From the IMG/VR virus record IMGVR_UViG_3300013094_000069, positions 1-52,263 of that record: a DNA stretch of 52,263 bases; one strand, given 5' to 3'. This stretch comes from a virus. Taxonomy: Duplodnaviria; Caudoviricetes. The position numbers and the translations under genes are program-made. The notes beneath the pieces are model-generated. The model ran no database searches. It saw only the letters and a program-made list of their open reading frames with translations, and was not told where the DNA came from. Positions 46,490 to 52,263 of this stretch are shown piece after piece; the stretch's first letter is position 1; each line of letters begins with the position of its first letter.

Positions 46490-47960
46490 TGCTGCTGTTA
46501 GCGTTATAAATACGCATGGCGACATATTGTTTGCTGGCCATGCTGAACGCTATAGTAAGATAAAAAATGATCCGCATATTAATGATCAGTTAATAGCAGA
46601 TGCGTTATCTTATGGCAATCCAGAGCTAGTAGCATACTATGAACGCCCATGGGTTAAAAAAATTCAACAATTATATTCGGGACAATATTGTGAAGCAGTG
46701 GATTTTAAAAATTTTACTCTTGGTCAGTATATTCGTAAACATATATCTGTACCTGTTCATCAGCAGCGACTACTACAATGTCCTGGAAAATATATGTCCC
46801 ACCATCTTAGTCATGCCGCAGGAGGATTCCAAACCAGTCCCTACAACAAAGCCACCGTTGTTGTTATAGATGCCATTGGCGAACTGGATACTATATCAAT
46901 TTGGGCAGCAGAGTACGATTCCTGTGGAAAAGCAAAATACAAAAAACTATGGGGACAACGTTATCCGCACAGCATAGGCCTGTTTTATAGTGCAATGACT
47001 CAACGTGTTGGACTCAAGCCAAATGAAGAAGAGTACATCATGATGGGAATGAGCGCATACGGTCTACCCAATTTAGGAGATTTACTCAAAAGAAGATTGG
47101 TACAAGATGAGTGGAATATCAAATTTAAAGACAATTTGCATCTGGGATTAGATCCAGATTTTATGAAGGATGCCAAAAACGAGGATTTGGCAAGCCTAGC
47201 ACAAGACTTATGCGAAAATCTAGTGTACAATGTAATTGCACGAGCAAGAAGTTTTAAGTGGAGCAATAATTTGGTCTATATGGGTGGTGTTGCACTCAAT
47301 TGTTTGGCCAATCGAAACTTAGGAGATTATTTTGATAATATTTGGATTATGCCTAATCCTGGCGACGCTGGCTCTAGTCTTGGGGCCGCGGCATTGGTTT
47401 ACAAAAAGCGTCTTAACTGGACTAGTACTTTTCTCGGTGCTGACATCTCCGGTGCTTACCCCGTTAACAATGTTCTTGATCATTTACTTAGTGATAAGAT
47501 CGTTGGCGTGGCTAGTGGCCGGGCCGAGTTTGGACCAAGAGCACTTGGCAACAGAAGTTTACTCGCAGACCCGCGAGGAAAAGAAATAAAGGAACTTGTA
47601 AATGATATTAAGCGAAGACAAAAATTCAGACCATTTGCGCCCGTTATTCTGGAGGAGTTGGTTGATGATTACTTTATTGTCCCTAGTGGGTGGAGTGACA
47701 GCAGGTATATGCAGCTCGTCGGTGATTGTAGGTTTCCTAATTTATTTCCTGCTATCTGTCATCATGATAATACCAGTCGTATACAAACTGTACCAAAAGA
47801 TGGAAGCGGAATTCGGGAACTTTTAGAAAAATGGTTTGTAGTAACAGGATGCCCTATGTTGCTCAACACTAGTCTAAACATACGTGGGGAACCCATGGTC
47901 AATGATCGCGGGGACGCTGATCGTTTCGAACAGTTATACAATATAAAGGTCTGTTCGTGA
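46455..47960 (+). CDS. carbamoyltransferase (NodU/CmcH/TobZ family)
   Basis: GISAGFHDAA, HHLSHAA, VIDAIGE, GGVALNC, GDAGSSLGAA, EFGPRALGNRSLLADPR, FRPFAP and LLNTSLN motifs. Confidence 0.95.
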   Translation: MTILGISAGFHDAAVSVINTHGDILFAGHAERYSKIKNDPHINDQLIADALSYGNPELVAYYERPWVKKIQQLYSGQYCEAVDFKNFTLGQYIRKHISVPVHQQRLLQCPGKYMSHHLSHAAGGFQTSPYNKATVVVIDAIGELDTISIWAAEYDSCGKAKYKKLWGQRYPHSIGLFYSAMTQRVGLKPNEEEYIMMGMSAYGLPNLGDLLKRRLVQDEWNIKFKDNLHLGLDPDFMKDAKNEDLASLAQDLCENLVYNVIARARSFKWSNNLVYMGGVALNCLANRNLGDYFDNIWIMPNPGDAGSSLGAAALVYKKRLNWTSTFLGADISGAYPVNNVLDHLLSDKIVGVASGRAEFGPRALGNRSLLADPRGKEIKELVNDIKRRQKFRPFAPVILEELVDDYFIVPSGWSDSRYMQLVGDCRFPNLFPAICHHDNTSRIQTVPKDGSGIRELLEKWFVVTGCPMLLNTSLNIRGEPMVNDRGDADRFEQLYNIKVCS

Positions 47961-48823
47961 TACTCGATGATTTTAATTTATATCAACTAGTAGGTAAAAG
48001 TTGGATTAATACAGATATAGATTCACTGGCACATTGTGTTGATCCAAAACATTTTAAATCATACCCTTATGCAGTAGAATACTTGTATAACTCAAGGGGG
48101 TTCCGGGACCGTGAATGGCCTGATGATCTAAGCAATTGCGTATGGTGTTTTGGGGATAGTTTTACTGTGGGGCTAGGCAGTCCAGTTACACATACATGGC
48201 CTAGCCTATTAGAAGATAAATTAAATCAACGATGCATTAATGTAAGTTTAAATGGTGCCAGTAACTTTTGGATTGCGAGAAAAGTAATACAAGTATTGGA
48301 AAAAATTAAACCCAAATTAATTGTTATACACTGGACTTTCACACATCGCATTGAAAGTCACGACAGTTCAAAGTCTGACGAAGATCGTAGACAATTTGCA
48401 GATCCATCTAGAACTACAGAAATGATGTTGTTTGATTTTTTTGATATATTACATACTTTAAAAACAGTACAAGGCAATACAAAAATAATACATTCCTTTA
48501 TACCAGACTGGAGTACGGTTACCACAGAAGAAATAAGAGAATACAGATGGAATTTTTTCAAAGGTTCTGAGTGGCCCGCATGCCCTAAAACTCATGCTGA
48601 GTTAAACTTGTTAAATGCAAAAATTCTAAAAGAAGTAAAACAAATCAGTGAGCTTTATAATATATTAGTTGATTCATTTGAGTATTATAAAGTGCTAGAA
48701 TCAGAGCTTAATAAAATTCTACACATACCCGAATTTATTAAATTAGACTTTGCTCGAGACGGGTATCACTATGATATTAAAACAGCAACAAAATTTGTAA
48801 ATGAAATTTTAACACTACTATGA
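47957..48823 (+). CDS. SGNH/GDSL-family protein
   Basis: YNSRGFRD...FGDSFTVG...NGASN...RDGYHY (DxxH). Confidence 0.7.
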   Translation: MILDDFNLYQLVGKSWINTDIDSLAHCVDPKHFKSYPYAVEYLYNSRGFRDREWPDDLSNCVWCFGDSFTVGLGSPVTHTWPSLLEDKLNQRCINVSLNGASNFWIARKVIQVLEKIKPKLIVIHWTFTHRIESHDSSKSDEDRRQFADPSRTTEMMLFDFFDILHTLKTVQGNTKIIHSFIPDWSTVTTEEIREYRWNFFKGSEWPACPKTHAELNLLNAKILKEVKQISELYNILVDSFEYYKVLESELNKILHIPEFIKLDFARDGYHYDIKTATKFVNEILTLL

Positions 48824-49227
48824 AACGTATATTAATAATGGGATTGCCTGGATCTGGAAAAACTACCTTAGCCAAAGCACTAGTAGAAAAAATAGATGCC
48901 ACATGGTTTAATGCAGATGAAGTGCGTAAACAGTTTAATGATTGGGATTTTAGTCCTGAAGGTAGGCTAAGGCAAGCAGCACGCATGCGTGAATTAGCAG
49001 ATAACAGTAATACACGATTTGTTATTGCTGACTTTGTTTGCCCATTGCCTGAAATGCGCGAAGTATTTTCAGCTGATTTCACTGTATGGATTGACACTAT
49101 ACCCGAAGGTAGATTTGCAGACACAAACAAAATGTTTGTATCACCTGACTATTATGATATTAAAGTACCAACACAAGATGCAGATCATTGGAGCGATATT
49201 ATCGCAACGCATCTGTTAAATTTGTAG
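48820..49227 (+). CDS. adenylylsulfate (APS) kinase-like P-loop kinase
   Basis: GLPGSGKTT Walker A, NADEVRK and DFSPEGRLRQA...ADFVCP, typical of short phage CysC-like proteins. Confidence 0.7.
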   Translation: MKRILIMGLPGSGKTTLAKALVEKIDATWFNADEVRKQFNDWDFSPEGRLRQAARMRELADNSNTRFVIADFVCPLPEMREVFSADFTVWIDTIPEGRFADTNKMFVSPDYYDIKVPTQDADHWSDIIATHLLNL

Positions 49228-50323
49228 TCAATTCATTCCAGCACTCATCTAATAGATCTTGACTATTAAATCTATTGTAGTTGTGTTCTAATGTACCGCG
49301 CATTTCTAACAGCATTTCTTTTAATTCGTTAAACGGATAACTAGAAATAGTAGCTAACAATTTACCAATTGCTTCCATGCGTAGTATAGGGTCTTCAATT
49401 GTATCATAACTTTCGTCCCACCAGTATCCAAATGTTTTGAATCCATAACTGCGTAAGTATTCTAAACTGTGTGCTGGGCCCACTAAGATAAAGGGCATAC
49501 GACTTACAATAGGTTTAAATATTTTTTCTGTTAAATGTCTTTTACGTTCCCAATAACAAGTTTCTGTAACTACGTATACAAAACTTTCTTGTGTTTGTTC
49601 AACAGCACTTAATACAAAACTATGATTTGGTATTGTTTTTTCTGTTTGATAATCGATGCGTAACGGCAATGAAGTTTTTGCAATGTTATCAATTGATTCT
49701 TGCATTAGTGAATCAGTGATTAATCCAGAATCTCGTGCTTCGGTTAAGTTGTATACATAGTCTTGATTGTTGTCAGGACAGACGTCGTTATAGCTGACAT
49801 GACCGTATTTTATTAAATTTCGTTTGATTAATTCGTTTAAAAATATACTGCGGTATACACGTTTGCCGCTGGTAAGTCTGTTAAACGTAATATATTTTCT
49901 TTTTAGATTTCTATTTTCTGGCGCTATTAATCTACTATCATATCTGGAACCTCTAAACCAATCCTGTGCTGCAAACAAATGATGAAAGTAATAAACAACG
50001 GGACAATTATAAATACGTTGAATTTCATCTACTGCATCGCTGGACTTTTCGGTTGTGACAAATATAAATTTCTGTCCTTGTGCAAAGTTAGTACATACAT
50101 TAGCAATCAGTGGAACATTAGTTTCTAACAAAACTGGTTCTTGATCCTGACATAAAAATAATGGACCACGTTCACCAGGCCAGTGGCTCATATCGTTCAT
50201 TAAGAATTCTATGTTTTCTGGATTAATTGATCCATACGGCATTAGGTAAAGAACTCTTGGATCTGCTACAATAGTGTTTAAATACTGAAATATGTTTTCG
50301 TAATGACTATTAATATTATACAT
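49199..50323 (-). CDS. glycosyltransferase-like protein (GT-B/GT10-like C-terminal motif)
   Basis: FNRL...R, VVTET...LTEKIFKPI...PFILVG...LRSYGFKTF..WWDESYD. Confidence 0.5.
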   Translation of the reverse strand: MYNINSHYENIFQYLNTIVADPRVLYLMPYGSINPENIEFLMNDMSHWPGERGPLFLCQDQEPVLLETNVPLIANVCTNFAQGQKFIFVTTEKSSDAVDEIQRIYNCPVVYYFHHLFAAQDWFRGSRYDSRLIAPENRNLKRKYITFNRLTSGKRVYRSIFLNELIKRNLIKYGHVSYNDVCPDNNQDYVYNLTEARDSGLITDSLMQESIDNIAKTSLPLRIDYQTEKTIPNHSFVLSAVEQTQESFVYVVTETCYWERKRHLTEKIFKPIVSRMPFILVGPAHSLEYLRSYGFKTFGYWWDESYDTIEDPILRMEAIGKLLATISSYPFNELKEMLLEMRGTLEHNYNRFNSQDLLDECWNELTTNLTDALR

Positions 50324-52154
50324 GTTTGATGTTTTCTACTTTGGTCCTAAACCAAATCTATTTGAGTTTGAGCGCCCTGCAAAAGACCTAGATGATGCTG
50401 CGGCACAATGCCGAACTGGCTATTACTGGTATATTTATGGGGGCAACGATTACTCAAACTTTGATTTTGATTGGAAGCCAGCTCCCTGGGAAAACACCTA
50501 CGTCCATGTATTTCCTAGCCAATGGCAACGCAATGGCGAAGTATATTTTGCTAACAAATATACAGTAAAAAGCCGTGAATGGTGTTTTAGACAAGAACAA
50601 GCTGTTAGACGTTTAGCAGATCGTTCCATATGGCATATTCCTGACAATATAGATGACAGTGATTTTGACTATAGTTGGCATCCAGATCGCACTGAGCCAC
50701 CTTATGAATATCACTTTGGTACACAATGGCAACAACAAGGTGGGCCGGTATATCCTGGAACTGCGGGTGTTAAGATAATGGGAGATCAAAAGATTAAGAT
50801 GGGTGCTACTCAAATTTTCTTTATGGATTTTCTAAACGAACAAAGTGATGGGCAGTTTGAAAAGATTAAACGCCGTTATCCTACTATTAAACGAACACGT
50901 TATGTAGACAGCCATTTGAATGTTATGACTCGTATTATGAGCATGGCAACAACAGAGTTTGTATGGATAATCAGTAGTATTTGCCATTATGATCAATTTG
51001 ATTTTACCTGGCATCCACGTCCCGACCAGCGTGAAATGATACATTGTTTCCCTAGTCGTAATCAACCACGTGGTGATACATTTTATATTCATGTGCCCAG
51101 TTTTAGACAGCAAATAGCTGAGCTAGAAGTATTAGATTTTTTTAATGTAATCAACTATTGCGATGAGCAACGTGTGGATAGGTATGCAACACCTGTACAT
51201 GTGTATCAATCTGATAACTTGATTGAAGAAATCAAAAATTACGATTTCAAAACTCCTTATGTGATGTTTACAAATCAAAAGGATGTGCGATTTCAAGACA
51301 GTCCCTGTCTGTGGACTCGCAAAGACCGTGTTGTAGAACGTTGTAGCGTATCGGGTGCTACCTGCATAGTACCTCGTGACATTAAGGTAGATTTAGTCAG
51401 TCAAATCTACGATTATCCCTACCACGAGTGGTCGGTTTTGCAGATTAATGAGTACTATAATAACAAACATTATCCTGGGCTTGATATTATATTTGTTAGT
51501 AATGGAGAACCAAACGAACAGCAGAATTATGACCATGTAACATATACCAGTAATGACAGTGATATTAAATGGATTCAAAATATCAATGGTCGTTCTGAAG
51601 CACTACGTGCGGCCGCTGAAGCAAGTACTACACCATGGTTCTTTTGTGTGCCGGCTAAGTTACGAACACAAATAAACTTCGATTGGTTTTGGTTACCAGA
51701 CTATTGGCAAGGACCTAAACACTACATTTTTAATGCACATAATCCTGTAAACGGATTAGAGTACGGACATCAAGCACTAGTCTGCTATAATAAGAATTTG
51801 GTATTAAGTACAACTGATCCTGGTATTGACTTTACATTAAGCCAACCACATGAAGTTGTACCAATTATATCCGGAGTGGCTGAATTTAATGTAGATGCCT
51901 GGACTACCTGGCGCACAGCATTTAGGGAAGTAGTTAAGTTAAAACACTATATGGCAACAGAATCTACACTAGAAACTGAGCATAGACTCAATACATGGTG
52001 CACAACAGCATTTGATGTAAATTTCAGTGACTATTGCTTAAAAGGTGCAGCTGATGCGGTAGAATACTACGATAGTGTTGGGGGCAATTACACAGAAATA
52101 TTAAAGACTTATAGTTGGGATTGGTTGCAAAATTATTTCAATAATAAATACTAA
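50322..52154 (+). CDS. multi-repeat glycosyltransferase-like protein
   Basis: Four FD(F/Y/W)xWxP repeats. The C-terminal domain is homologous to the 33478 protein (DIIFVSNGEP...NPVNGLEYG...WRTAFREVVKL). Confidence 0.6.
   Translation: MFDVFYFGPKPNLFEFERPAKDLDDAAAQCRTGYYWYIYGGNDYSNFDFDWKPAPWENTYVHVFPSQWQRNGEVYFANKYTVKSREWCFRQEQAVRRLADRSIWHIPDNIDDSDFDYSWHPDRTEPPYEYHFGTQWQQQGGPVYPGTAGVKIMGDQKIKMGATQIFFMDFLNEQSDGQFEKIKRRYPTIKRTRYVDSHLNVMTRIMSMATTEFVWIISSICHYDQFDFTWHPRPDQREMIHCFPSRNQPRGDTFYIHVPSFRQQIAELEVLDFFNVINYCDEQRVDRYATPVHVYQSDNLIEEIKNYDFKTPYVMFTNQKDVRFQDSPCLWTRKDRVVERCSVSGATCIVPRDIKVDLVSQIYDYPYHEWSVLQINEYYNNKHYPGLDIIFVSNGEPNEQQNYDHVTYTSNDSDIKWIQNINGRSEALRAAAEASTTPWFFCVPAKLRTQINFDWFWLPDYWQGPKHYIFNAHNPVNGLEYGHQALVCYNKNLVLSTTDPGIDFTLSQPHEVVPIISGVAEFNVDAWTTWRTAFREVVKLKHYMATESTLETEHRLNTWCTTAFDVNFSDYCLKGAADAVEYYDSVGGNYTEILKTYSWDWLQNYFNNKY
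52144..52150 (+). promoter_or_regulatory. late promoter box ATAAATA
   Basis: Immediately before the ATG at 52155, at the end of the enzyme island. Confidence 0.45.
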
Positions 52155-52263
52155 ATGCTCATTAATGAAGTTGTTGCAGAAGCTCGAGAATCTATACGCA
52201 GTCAAATCATCAACGCAGTTGACAAAGACGGTGGTTCCACCAACGAATATTTTGTACGTTTTA
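52155..52263 (+). CDS. partial ORF (MLINEVVAEARESIRSQII...), truncated by the window edge
   Basis: ATG directly after the previous TAA, open to the end of the window, preceded by a late box. Confidence 0.55.
   Translation, partial: MLINEVVAEARESIRSQIINAVDKDGGSTNEYFVRF

Noticed and set aside
1-52263. Stop-codon reassignment (TAG or TGA recoded)
   Set aside because: Very long ORFs are intact in the standard code, and TAG/TGA end genes exactly at overlaps with the next start (e.g. 36851, 39534, 45830, 47960).

Overview
The window is a 52 kb piece of a large, AT-rich, T4-like contractile-tailed phage genome. It uses the standard genetic code and is almost fully coding. No tRNA, rRNA or CRISPR array is visible. 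There are three blocks. (1) 130-1005 (-): a gp55-like late sigma factor. (2) 1135-31134 (+): a late structural block with ATAAATA/ATAAGTA boxes upstream of several genes. It encodes a tube-fold cap/initiator, a gp53-like protein, a hub, a gp5/VgrG-like spike, a lysozyme-like protein, gp25, gp6, a 3820-aa wedge protein, three paralogous fibres with different tips and a Gly-rich adhesin. (3) 31200-52154: a ~21 kb enzyme island whose main run (31200-49227) has overlapping start/stop codons and begins at a perfect TTGACA-17-TATAAT promoter embedded in a terminator-like hairpin. The island has five glycosyltransferase-like genes, seven radical-SAM enzymes with an N-terminal auxiliary-cluster (twitch/SPASM-like) Cys motif, two paralogous His/Glu-rich proteins, three GDSF/SGNH proteins, a NodU/CmcH-type carbamoyltransferase, an APS-kinase-like protein and an unannotated 33-aa peptide ending DPFIYK. 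The best candidate for an undescribed system is this island: a possible phage-encoded glycan synthesis and radical tailoring pathway. Its target could be the virion, the host surface or DNA, and that target is inference only. All functional calls come from motif recognition by eye, without database searches.
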